A stretch of 63,994 nucleotides of DNA, the filler included, from Octopus bimaculoides (Eukaryota): the NCBI RefSeq assembly GCF_001194135.2. It is 9 parts of 9 records of this genome, joined end to end, with 100 filler letters (N's around TTAATTAATTAA, not from the genome) between each part and the next. Parts side by side here need not be neighbours in the genome. Positions count along the whole stretch, not along the records: positions 1 to 4,998 come from NC_068982.1; positions 5,099 to 10,320 come from NC_069007.1; positions 10,421 to 14,160 come from NC_068986.1; 6 more parts are not named here. The stretch is one strand, 5' to 3'. Of the stretch, positions 1-10,451 are shown in pieces. The position numbers and the translations under genes were made by a program. The notes beneath the pieces were generated by a model that was not told the origin of the DNA, made no database searches, and saw nothing but the letters and a program-made list of their open reading frames with translations. Each line of letters opens with the position of its first letter. Positions within the stretch are counted from its first letter, which is position 1.

Positions 1-93
1 TATAGCTTTTTTTGCTTCGAGACCCACGATTCTAAAAAAAAAAGGAATTATTACACGTTCTTCCTAAGTTAAAAAATGTTTATGACGTCAACA

Positions 94-147
<54 letters not shown>

Positions 148-1446
148 ACCAGGTGTATCTATCGTTTTTCTCTATTATTTGCGTGCATACATGCATGTGT
201 GTGTGTGTGCGTGTGAAATTTGTTGGCAATGATCACAGTCTATCTCTCTCTCACTTCTCTCCTCTTCTTTGAGACAAATATCTGATCAGCTGTTAATAGA
301 TGCCATCTAATTATGAAATGTCAAACAATTGATCTAACTTGTCACATTGTTGCATGATAGCAATATTTGTAAGAATCACTCGTATTATACATTAGACGTA
401 AATGCTTAGCCTTTCGTTTCAGAACCAGAAATAACTTCATTGATGTTCAAATACATATTTGTTTTTCTATCATATATACAAGTTTCAACAGTGATATACG
501 ACTTACAAAACCTTCGAGACTGCTGTGATCGGCGTCGCTGTTGTTCTGCATGCACATCTATTGGTTTGTTAGTTGGTGTCAGTAGAAAATAGCAAGGTCA
601 ACGAGGGACTTTCAGATGGTTGCACGTTGGATGATGAAGGATCGGATGAGGTGTTTACAGTCGAATTAATGAGGTGAAGTATGGTAATGGTGACAGAAAA
701 ATAAAAATAAACCTATGACTATTAGTCTTGAGTTGATAAGTTATGTATTTAGTTCGTTCAAGGGGACTGCGATAGAAAAAGCAAATAGAGAAACTGAGCC
801 TCTATTACATAGTGGCTGCTGCTGCTGTTGTTGTTGTTGTTGTTGCTTAGTCCTAGATTCGCTCTGACCAAACAGACCTACGATCAAGGATATTCTAACC
901 GTGACCATACCATCCAGTCTTTATTTCATTTGCGATGTATCTCAGATTACGTCATTCAATGTATTATTCCCTTTTTAAAGAAGGTAGGAAGATTTGGCTA
1001 CAAATTCTTGCAAGCTGATGGAACATGTAAAAGCTTGTCCTTGTCTATGTAGTAGGCAACGCCTGTTGATGGTTTGTCAATCGGCCAAATGGCTTTCTTT
1101 TGGTGAGAATGCCTAGCACTATTCCATATACATGAACATTTCTCTACTTGTTCTAGTAGGCTGTAAAGGTCTTTGTAAGCTGTAAACAACGGATCATTCA
1201 TGTAACATATATAGGCTCTAAATAGTAATTTTAGTCACCATGATGGAGTTTTATCAATGTTATGTATATGGTGTCGATCAGCTTAGAGTTGAATTACGTC
1301 AGAGTTGGGTAGCTAACATATAGGCTTATATTCCGGACGAATCTAGATACATCATACATATGTCTGATAAAGAGGACTTCACTCATTAACATTAAATAAG
1401 CACAATTGTAATAATCGAATGTGTTCTATTTATATTACCTCCATGA

Positions 1447-1472
1447 CTTACTACTACTACTACTACTACTAT

Positions 1473-1522
<50 letters not shown>

Positions 1523-1581
1523 GTGGTAGTACTGCTATTGCTGCTGCTACTGCTGCTACTACTGCTACTGCTGCTACTACT
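1447..1581. repeat. (CTA)n/(CTG)n trinucleotide microsatellite
   Basis: Direct reading of the tandem repeat; it explains the poly-Leu/poly-Val ORFs in the ORF track. Confidence 0.95.
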
Positions 1582-2856
1582 TTTATATGTCTGTGTATTT
1601 GTGTTTGTCCACCGCCCAATCGGTGTTGGTTTGTTTAAGTCTCCGTAACTTAGCGATTCAGCAAATGATTACGATAGAATAAGTACCAGACTTTAAAAAT
1701 ACATAAGTACTAGGGTCCATTTGTTCCAGTAGACTCTTCAAGACGGTGCTCCAACGTGGCCACGGCCCAATGACTGAAATAAGTGAAAAATAAAAGACAA
1801 AAGACGTTCATAACTGTATCTTAACATCTCTATCAGTTTACAGGCCTCCATTCATATATAACATGTAATAGCTTAATATATTTACAAGAACTTACAAAAA
1901 GTGAAAATGATATACTGCCATGTTTGGTCTGGCTAAATCAAAATGGTTTCTTGTATTCTTCCTTGCCACTCGGATTGTTTAAATGTAGTTACAAAAATAT
2001 GTCCTTCTACTGAAATGAAATTTCAGTAAATTTTCTGTATCTTTGTGCAGCTGAAGATTGCTCTGCATTTTACATTTAATGTAATGCTCACATTGCTTAA
2101 ATAGATGGAGTTGCATGAAACGATCACAATGCATTAACCTTGAATATCCTTGTTGCTTATTTTGATTTTTAATCACCTTATTTTGGAATTGTTTGGATAA
2201 TACCATACTTAATTCTGGTGCCTAAACTTAAGTACCATATTCACCTTGAATCTAAATTGTATATATATTTATATATATATATATATATATTCTTTTATTT
2301 TTTCTTTTACTTGTTAAGCCACTTGACTGCGGCCATGCTGAAGCACCGCCTTTAGTCGNNNNNNNNNNNNNNNNNNNNNNNNNNNNNNNNNNNNNNNNNN
2401 NNNNNNNNNNNNNNNNNNNNNNNNNNNNNNNNNNNNNNNNNNNNNNNNNNNNNNNNNNNNNNNNNNNNNNNNNNNNNNNNNNNNNNNNNNNNNNNNNNNN
2501 NNNNNNNNNNNNNNNNNNNNNNNNNNNNNNNNNNNNNNNNNNNNNNNNNNNNNNNNNNNNNNNNNNNNNNNNNNNNNNNNNNNNNNNNNNNNNNNNNNNN
2601 NNNNNNNNNNNNNNNNNNNNNNNNNNNNNNNNNNNNNNNNNNNNNNNNNNNNNNNNNNNNNNNNNNNNNNNNNNNNNNNNNNNNNNNNNNNNNNNNNNNN
2701 NNNNNNNNNNNNNNNNNNNNNNNNNNNNNNNNNNNNNNNNNNNNNNNNNNNNNNNNNNNNNNNNNNNNNNNNNNNNNNNNNNNNNNNNNNNNNNNNNNNN
2801 NNNNNNNNNNNNNNNNNNNNNNNNNNNNNNNNNNNNNNNNNNNNNNNNNNNNNNNN

Positions 2857-2887
<31 letters not shown>

Positions 2888-2928
2888 CGCGTATGTGTGT
2901 GCGTGCGTGCGTGCGTGTGTGTGTGTAT

Positions 2929-3127
2929 GGAGGCGCAATGGCCCAGTGGTTTATTGAGCGAAAACACTTAAAACACTAGGATGCTCTGCCAGGGAGTAGT
3001 GGCGAACCCAGTTGTATTCTTTCACCACAACTTTCTCTCACTCTTTCTGTTGTACCTGTATTTCAAAGGGCCAGCCCTGTCACATTCTGTGTCACGCTGA
3101 ATCTCCCGAGAACTACGTTAAGGGTAC
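2929..3127 (+). mobile_element. tRNA-derived SINE (family B), internally deleted copy
   Basis: Head GGAGGCGCAATGGCCCAGTGGTT and body CTGTATTTCAAAGGGCCAGCC...GAGAACTACGTTAAGGGTAC shared with the reverse copies at 24915-25295 and 44870-45203. Confidence 0.8.
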
Positions 3128-3960
3128 AGAATACAGATGGGCTCAGAAGAACAACATGCAGTTTATTGCAGGAAAATTCCAAGCCCTGCACTGCCAGCTC
3201 ACAAAGCTGAATGACATGCAGGCAGGATACACTGGTCCGGAAGAAATCGCAATCCCTGAATCAAAATCGGTGCGTGACCTGGGCATTGACACGAGCAATG
3301 ATGCATCTTTCCAGGTGCATATTACCAATTTTGTAACAAAATGCAAACGGCTAGCTGGATGGAACTTCGGAACTTTAAAAACAAGAAAAATGAGACAATG
3401 ATGGTCCTTTGGAGGGCATACGTCCTCAGCCGCTTGGATCACTGCTCCCAACTATGGACACCACACAATATAAAATTAATGGAGTAACTCGAAGCAATCC
3501 AACGAAGTTACACAAAAAAATCGTCTCAATGCAACGTATCAGCTACTGGGAAAGACCGAAAGAAATAAAACTCTTCTCTCTAGAACGACGGCGGGAAAGA
3601 TGTGCAGTGATATACATCTGGAAAATCCTGGAAGGCCTTGTACCAAACTTTGGCATTGAAAGTTACACAAACAGCAGAACGGAGCGCCACTGCATAGTGC
3701 TAAAGATTCCAGCATCACCATCAAAATACAGGTTCAGATACTACAACAGCTTAGGTTTCAAAGGCCCACAGCTCTTCTATATCCTTCCAAAATACCTAAG
3801 AGACCTGCATGATGTGAATGTAGGTGTCTTCAAAACAAAACTGGATCTCCTCCTGTCAAGGGTTCCAGGTGAGCTTACCTCATGTCGTTAAACACAGATG
3901 AAGGCAGCAGCATGAAACTCCCTCATTCACCAAATGCCACAGAGAGGAGGTTTCAAATAA
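3128..3960 (+). mobile_element. Non-LTR retrotransposon (CR1/L2-like) ORF2 3' fragment, degenerate
   Basis: Frameshifted ORFs 3012-3401 and 3409-3891 read SVRDLGI..., YWER..EIKLFSLERRRER, FKTKLDLLLS, typical of the RT C-terminal region of CR1/L2 LINEs. Confidence 0.8.
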
Positions 3961-4998
3961 CGGTGTAGCACAGCTAACGGTGGTGCCTCGGCATGACCAC
4001 AGCTTTGAAGCTGAAGGAATTTAAAGATTTAAAGATTAAAGATTTATATATGTATGTATATATGTGTGTGTGTATATGTGTGTGTGTGCTTGTGTATGTC
4101 TGTGTGCGCGCAAGTGTGTACGTGTGTGTGTGTATGTGTTTTATATTTTGCTTGATATCTTTACGATTTCTTTAGAACTTAAAACTCTTATACTTGAAAT
4201 TTGAACTTTTCTTTTGTCGAATAAGAAAAAAGAAGGAGAATGATGAAGAATAAGAGAAAGATGTAGCGTACATTTTCAGGTGGTTAAGTGTAGAAGTACT
4301 AGCTGGTATATATGGAGCTGAAAGTATCAAACATTAATGTAATAGGGTTCTAAAATTCCACTTGGACATTACACGAAATTCAATGTACGGTTAACTAGGT
4401 TTTATACACATAAATGTTTAGTCGATATAACTTTCTTGATTTTCATGCTCTCGTTTCCTTTAAAGTAATTTTACTATATATTTTAATACAACTATGCTAC
4501 TGGCTGACAGTTTCCTACCGGAAAACGTCTTTTAATATTTGTATAGTTGTGGTTTTGAACCGTTTTCATCCAAATGTGTTTCGGTCTGAAACCATGTGGA
4601 GTATAAAAAAAAAAGTGACAGAAAAAGAAAAGTGTAAATGTAATCCGTTAGATTCAGTATCGCACAATTTTCTAAACTTCTGGTGTGATAAACTGAATAT
4701 TTACATAAAAAAAAGGCCGAATATTTTTAAATACTTTAAACATATACATATAGTTTATATATTGAACAGATAGAAAGTTTGAGCAACTTGTTTATATTAC
4801 ATAAAGCTAGAATAAAGAACGTATTTGTGGCTAGTAAAATTTAGTACCAGGGTTTTTTTAACTGATTTACTTAAGTGTTAGGAAGCGTTGAAACTTGTAT
4901 ATATGCACATATTAGTAACATTAGTAATAGATTTGTATATGAATAATATATATGTACATGCATGTATGCGTGTAGGTATATATACATATATATATATA

Positions 4999-5098
4999 NN
5001 NNNNNNNNNNNNNNNNNNNNNNNNNNNNNNNNNNNNNNNNNNTTAATTAATTAANNNNNNNNNNNNNNNNNNNNNNNNNNNNNNNNNNNNNNNNNNNN
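4999..5098. other. Artificial assembly spacer N44-TTAATTAATTAA-N44 (first of 8; others at 10321, 14161, 23921, 34144, 56698, 60390, 62362)
   Basis: Identical 100-bp layout eight times; TTAATTAATTAA puts stop codons in all six frames. Confidence 0.95.
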
Positions 5099-5133
<35 letters not shown>

Positions 5134-5144
5134 TATACATATAT

Positions 5145-5303
5145 ACGACGGGCTTCTTTCAGTTTCCGTCTACCAAATCCACTCACAAGGCTTTGGTCGG
5201 CCCGAGGCTATAGTAGAAGACACTTGCCCAAGGTGCCACGCAGTGGGACTGAACCCGGAACCATGTGGTTGGTAAGCGAGCTACTTACCACACAGCCACT
5301 CCT
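5145..5303 (-). mobile_element. tRNA-derived SINE (family C)
   Basis: ACGACGGGCTTCTTTCAGTTTCCGTCTACCAAATCCACTCACAAGGCTTTGGTCGGCCCGAGG..., near-identical at 10050-10207 and related at 37240-37400, 49100-49265, 52850-52960, 56030-56150, 62630-62745. Confidence 0.85.
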
Positions 5304-6173
5304 TTTAATTTTCTCCTTCATCAGACAGCGTCCATACTGAGAAACCGCCTGGAAGAATTTTAGTCGAATGTTCGTTAGTTATTCTAACAGTCGCTTTTGC
5401 TGAACTTCTAGGTTACGGTGACAGAAACAAACCAGCACTGGTGGTTGTCAAGCGATAGAGGTGCGACCGCAGATCAACAACCACGATTTATTTTACAATT
5501 TCGATGAAGGAGCATATACGTATATATATATATGTATATATATCTCTGGTATAGAGATATATATATATACGTATTTATTTCTAAAAGGTAACACGTTCTG
5601 GTAAGTCTAGTTTTGACGCCACTGAATTTTAATTCAAATTCTAAAAACCCAGATCAAAATTCACATAAAATAAAATAAATGAATAATTACATAAATAGAT
5701 AACCAGCCCGACACACACACACATACAAATAGACACATATAATATGTAAATTATGTGTTTGAAATTTTAGTCCCAAAACATCGAGATTTTTCTCAGACGA
5801 TCAGGAAAGTAGGTTTGACAGACGATAATCAAGGTTAGCTTGACATTTACAAAGAAAAGATAAACTAGATTCCTTGAAAGACAATCATAAGAATGACGGG
5901 AAAGTTGCTGTATGTACGTATGTATAGATATTACGGATATACTACAAGTAAAATGGCCCTCGCTGTGTGTATATTTTTCGTATGTGTGAGTATATATNNN
6001 NNNNNNNNNNNNNNNNNNNNNNNNNNNNNNNNNNNNNNNNNNNNNNNNNNNNNNNNNNNNNNNNNNNNNNNNNNNNNNNNNNNNNNNNNNNNNNNNNATA
6101 CATACATACATACATACATACATATACACACATATACATACATATATTAACACATATGCACACATATACATAC

Positions 6174-6204
<31 letters not shown>

Positions 6205-6254
6205 CACACATACACACACACACATATTTAGCTATAGGTACTGCTCCTTGTTGC

Positions 6255-6385
6255 CGGCTGAGTGAACTGGAGCAACTGGAGAAATAAAGTGTCTTGCTCA
6301 AGGGCACAACGCACAGCCGGGAATTGAACTCATGACCTTACGAACGTGAAGCGAACACCCCTAGCCACTAGGCCAGCGTCTTCAC
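6255..6385 (-). mobile_element. tRNA-derived SINE (family D), partial
   Basis: CTGAGTGAACTGGAGCAAC...GTGTCTTGCTCAAGGGCACAACG...CCACTAGGCCA, shared with 38750-38860 and 61326-61575. Confidence 0.7.
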
Positions 6386-6408
6386 TTTCCTAAAACGATC
6401 CCCAAAAC

Positions 6409-6500
6409 ATGTCTGCCGCGCTGGACGCCCCGGCGAAGGGAAAAGCTATTTTGAACGACCCGGTTCATGGCATGACGTCACTTCCTCTTGCTTCCGGTCC
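6409..6500. promoter_or_regulatory. CpG-rich promoter-like patch with CRE and ETS motifs
   Basis: Perfect TGACGTCA at 6473-6480 directly followed by CTTCCT and CTTCCGG (6491-6497); GC/CpG content far above the flanks. Confidence 0.35.
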
Positions 6501-7199
6501 CCTCGTCCTCATCGCCCCCTTTATTCCACCGCGACTGGTCTAGAAGACAACGCCTAAATATGACCTCAGCAACAACGACGAGGAAGGTCACATTGGATAA
6601 TGTAGTCCTAGGTACACAACGCCTGCATGATATATGTGATTGTCACGACAGGAACATGCTTTTTTGTCGAGGGTCTGTTAGGTAACGTCTTACCGGGGTC
6701 TTTATAATTACAATGTGGGAGGACATGTTAGACAGCGTAGTCCTCGATACACTTTACCTGTATAAAAGCTGGAATATCATTGGTCAGCTAGATAACGTCT
6801 AACATGACACTCAACAAAAACGTGAAACGACGACGACACGATGAGACAATGACGACGATGATAACAGCAAGAACAAGGAAGAACACATTAGGAGTGTGTT
6901 GTTTGGTTGTTTGGTGTTGTTAGACAACGCCTTTGGTGAACCTAAACAATAGCAATAAGGAAGGGCACATTAGATTGTGCAATCCTAGATACACGAGGTC
7001 TGTTGTAAAAAGTGAAAGATCGTTGGTCGTTGGTCGTTCGTCTGCAAGATAACACCGAAGTTGGGCCGCAACAACACCGCAAACAACAACAACAACACCA
7101 ACAAGGACAGACACATTTGATTGCAAAAACCTTGATAAGAAACACGTTCAGTATTGACAAATGGCGGCAGCCGATGCAACCATGAACCAGGATGTTACA

Positions 7200-7264
<65 letters not shown>

Positions 7265-7292
7265 TAATAATGATAGTAATAATAATGATGAT
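7200..7292. repeat. (AAT)n microsatellite
   Basis: Direct reading. Confidence 0.95.
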
Positions 7293-7666
7293 AAAAATGA
7301 AACGTGAAGATAAGTGGATAGAGAAATATTGTGGCCGTAACTTGTCTGGTGAGAGATATATATAATCAGCCGGGTAACACCACTTGAAAAACAAATTTAT
7401 AGTGTGGACGAGATGACGTCATATTAACCGCTGAAGATACACACACACACACATACACACACACATATGTATATACACATGCATACACACACATATACAT
7501 ACACACGCACATGTACATACTCGTATATATACACACGCATACACGCATATAGACACGATCACACACAGACAGATGCGGACACATACTCATGCACACACAC
7601 ACATACATACATACACAAATACGTACACACACACACATATACATATGTATATGTATATATACACAG

Positions 7667-7724
<58 letters not shown>

Positions 7725-7779
7725 ATATATATACATATACAATTGTTAAAGGAGACAACAAACACAGACATACATATAT

Positions 7780-8282
7780 ATTCGCTTGTACAGGAGTTCC
7801 AGGACAGACCAGTCATATCAACAAGTTCGTCAATTTTTTCGGTAATGGTCCTTCAAAATCAGTTTATGAATTTTCATGATACTTTCATTCGTTCAGGGGA
7901 GGAGGGTCAACGATCGCCCTCAACTTGGTTGGTCTTCAAATGACAAGTGACCATTCCTAAAGCGTGGAAACCACTCGTAAACTTGTGTTTTGCTCATGGC
8001 AGGGTCCTTGTAAGCTCTTTGAAGCATGACAGCTGTTTCGGCCTTCGCTTTTCCGCAGCAGAAGACAGAATGTCATGGAAGCACGCTGTTCCTTCGTTTC
8101 AACCATCGCAAAAATCGACGAACAAGGGAGAAGCACTGCAAAACAAAGATGTACCACGTGGCAGTACAACCTCAGCCGATGACGGCCGTCGGCAGACTGA
8201 TGCCTGAAGGTCGAATCAAGTGGCTTCTAGTGGTGGAAGCCTGAACTACAACGCTTCCGGTTACTTTTGAGTAGCCCCTCGT
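7780..8282 (-). mobile_element. Mariner-type DNA transposon, 5' TIR plus degenerate N-terminal transposase
   Basis: Minus strand begins CGAGGGGCTACTCAAAAGTAACCGGAA (mariner-like TIR); across frameshifts it reads EQRASMTFCLLLRKS / MLQRAYKDPAMSKTQVYEWFPRFRNGHLSFEDQPS / IDELVDMTGLSWNSC, matching the mariner HTH domains. Confidence 0.85.
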
Positions 8283-8349
8283 GTATATAACGATGTGTGT
8301 GTTTGTGCGTGTGTGTGTATGTCTGTGTGCATGCGTTTGTGTATATATA

Positions 8350-8760
8350 TATATACGGATAAGTATGCATTGATGTCAGCTGAGATGGAACAAAGAATAC
8401 AGTGATTTGAGCCCAAGTTCTTCAGAAGGTTGTTACACATCCGGTACACAAAGCACAAAACGAACAGCTTTCTCAGGCGCCACTCCTTGTGCAGGTAAAG
8501 AGAGGAAAACTTGAGCTGGTACGGTCATGTCTCACGCCAAAACTTCCTGCAGAAAACCGTCCTACAAGGTAGAGTTGAAGGAGGGCGGGAAAAGGGGTAG
8601 ACAGAGAAAATCTTAGTCTCACAACATCAAGGAGCGGACAGGTCAGAACAGATCGACCCTTCTGTGCATGACAGATGGAAGAGTCCAGTTGTGAAGGCCC
8701 ACTGCAAAAGACTTCTAGCACAGCGCTCCTACGACAAGCTGCAGAAGTGAAGGGATCTTG
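8350..8760 (+). mobile_element. RTE-clade LINE 3' fragment, degenerate
   Basis: Remnant of the KRRKLxWYGHVSR...LQGRVEGGRKRGR motif region. Confidence 0.65.
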
Positions 8761-8934
8761 ATTATGATCACGTGTGTATGTGTATGAATGTGTGTGCGTG
8801 TGTGTGTGTGTGTTTGTCCGCGACTACTGCTTGATAACCGGTGTCGGTATATTTACGTCCTCGTGAATAAGCAGTTCGACAAAAGTGTTCGATAGACTAA
8901 GTGCCGGGCATAGCAAAAGAAAATTAAGCATTAG

Positions 8935-9031
8935 ATAGAGAGAGAGAGAGAGAGAGAGGAAGAGAGAGAGGGAGAGAGAGAGAGAAATAGAAAGAGATAG
9001 GTAGATAGGTAGGCAGAAAGATGGAGAGAGG

Positions 9032-9076
<45 letters not shown>

Positions 9077-9313
9077 GGAGAAACAGCCTGTCAGGCAGAC
9101 AGACAGAGAGACCGAGGGAGAGAGAGAGAGAGGGAGAGAGAGAAAGAGAGAGAGTTAGGTAGATAGGTAGGCAGAAAGATGGAGAGAGGAAGAGAGAGAG
9201 AGAGAGAGAGAGATGCAGGGAGAAACAGCCTGTCAGGCAGACAGACAGAAAATCAAGGTGGGGGAGCAAGAAAGAGAAAAAGAAATATAGAGAGAAAGAG
9301 AGACAGAGAGACC

Positions 9314-9353
<40 letters not shown>

Positions 9354-9396
9354 GACAGAGAGACCGAGAGAGAAGAGAGAGACAGAGACAGACAGA
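8935..9396. repeat. Compound (GA)n/(GACA)n repeat with a duplicated internal unit
   Basis: Unit GTAGATAGGTAGGCAGAAAGATGGAGAGAGG...GAGAAACAGCCTGTCAGGCAGACAGACAG occurs twice (about 9000-9105 and 9158-9248). Confidence 0.9.
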
Positions 9397-9532
9397 CGTT
9401 CTGTATTAAAAGCTATTTCTTACGATCTTATCTTCTGCTTGCCTTAGCCAAGCCGTTATATCCGCCATGTCAAATAATTAGTTTTACATCCGGGCCTAAC
9501 TAAGTCTATAGTTACAGGTTATTAAGTACAAT

Positions 9533-9602
<70 letters not shown>

Positions 9603-9789
9603 TACCGTTTTGTTCTGTTTTTCTTTCCCTGAACTAAGAGACAGCCAACGTAACGGTATTTTAGTTGCTGTTACTATATATATTGGCTCTGTAGACGGCT
9701 CAAACATGCGCACACTCACACAGTCTCACAGTCTGAGCCACGGTCGTGGGACAAGACAAAGGTTTGTCTGTCTATCTCTCTATCTTTTA

Positions 9790-10207
9790 TCTTTTACTTA
9801 CTTGATTTTCAGTCAATGCACTGCGGTCATGCTGCAGCACCGCGGTTAGTCGTGCAAGTCGACCCCAGGACTTATTCTTTGTAAGCCTAGTACTTATTCT
9901 GTCGGACTCTTTTGCCGAACCGCTAAGTTACGGGGACATAAACACACCAGCATCGGTTGTCAAGCGATGTTGGGTGGGAGACAAACAGAGACTACGAACA
10001 CATACACACAAACACATACATATATATATATATATATATACATATATACGACAGGCTTCTTTCAGTTTCCGTCTACCAAATCCACTCACAAGGCTTTGGT
10101 CGGCCCGAGGCTATAGTAGAAGACACTTGCCCAAGGTGCCACGCATTGGGACTGAACCCAGAACCATGTGGTTCGTTTGCAAGTCACTTACCACAAAGCC
10201 ACTCCTA
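9790..10207 (-). mobile_element. Family C SINE with its long 3' tail
   Basis: SINE head at 10050-10207 plus tail GTCCCCGTAACTTAGCGGTTCGGCAAAAG...GGGGTCGAC...GACTGAAA, recurring at 1630-1790, 11220-11370, 14700-14850, 37430-37570, 62870-63000. Confidence 0.8.
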
Positions 10208-10420
10208 CGCCTATAATTTATTAATGTTTATTTATTAATTATTATTATTATTATGATTATTATTATTATTATTTTTTTTTTTTTTTGCAGTCGAACAAAT
10301 CTATTCTAGTCTTAATGCTTNNNNNNNNNNNNNNNNNNNNNNNNNNNNNNNNNNNNNNNNNNNNTTAATTAATTAANNNNNNNNNNNNNNNNNNNNNNNN
10401 NNNNNNNNNNNNNNNNNNNN

Positions 10421-10451
<31 letters not shown>

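Noticed and set aside
1392-1648. Poly-Leu / poly-Val ORFs that look like transmembrane peptides
   Set aside because: They are translations of a (CTA)n/(CTG)n microsatellite
6920-7126. ORF MQSNVSVLVGVVVVVCGVVAAQ resembling a signal peptide
   Set aside because: Built from (CAA)n-like repeats plus a dispersed repeat also seen near 6590, 6725 and 38320; no splice or homology support
7161-7307. Short MAAADATMNQDVT-polyN ORF
   Set aside because: Dominated by the (AAT)n microsatellite and under 50 aa
7366-7943. His/Thr/Tyr/Ile- and Cys/Val-rich ORFs here and throughout the window
   Set aside because: Products of (CA)n, (TA)n and (TATG)n repeats
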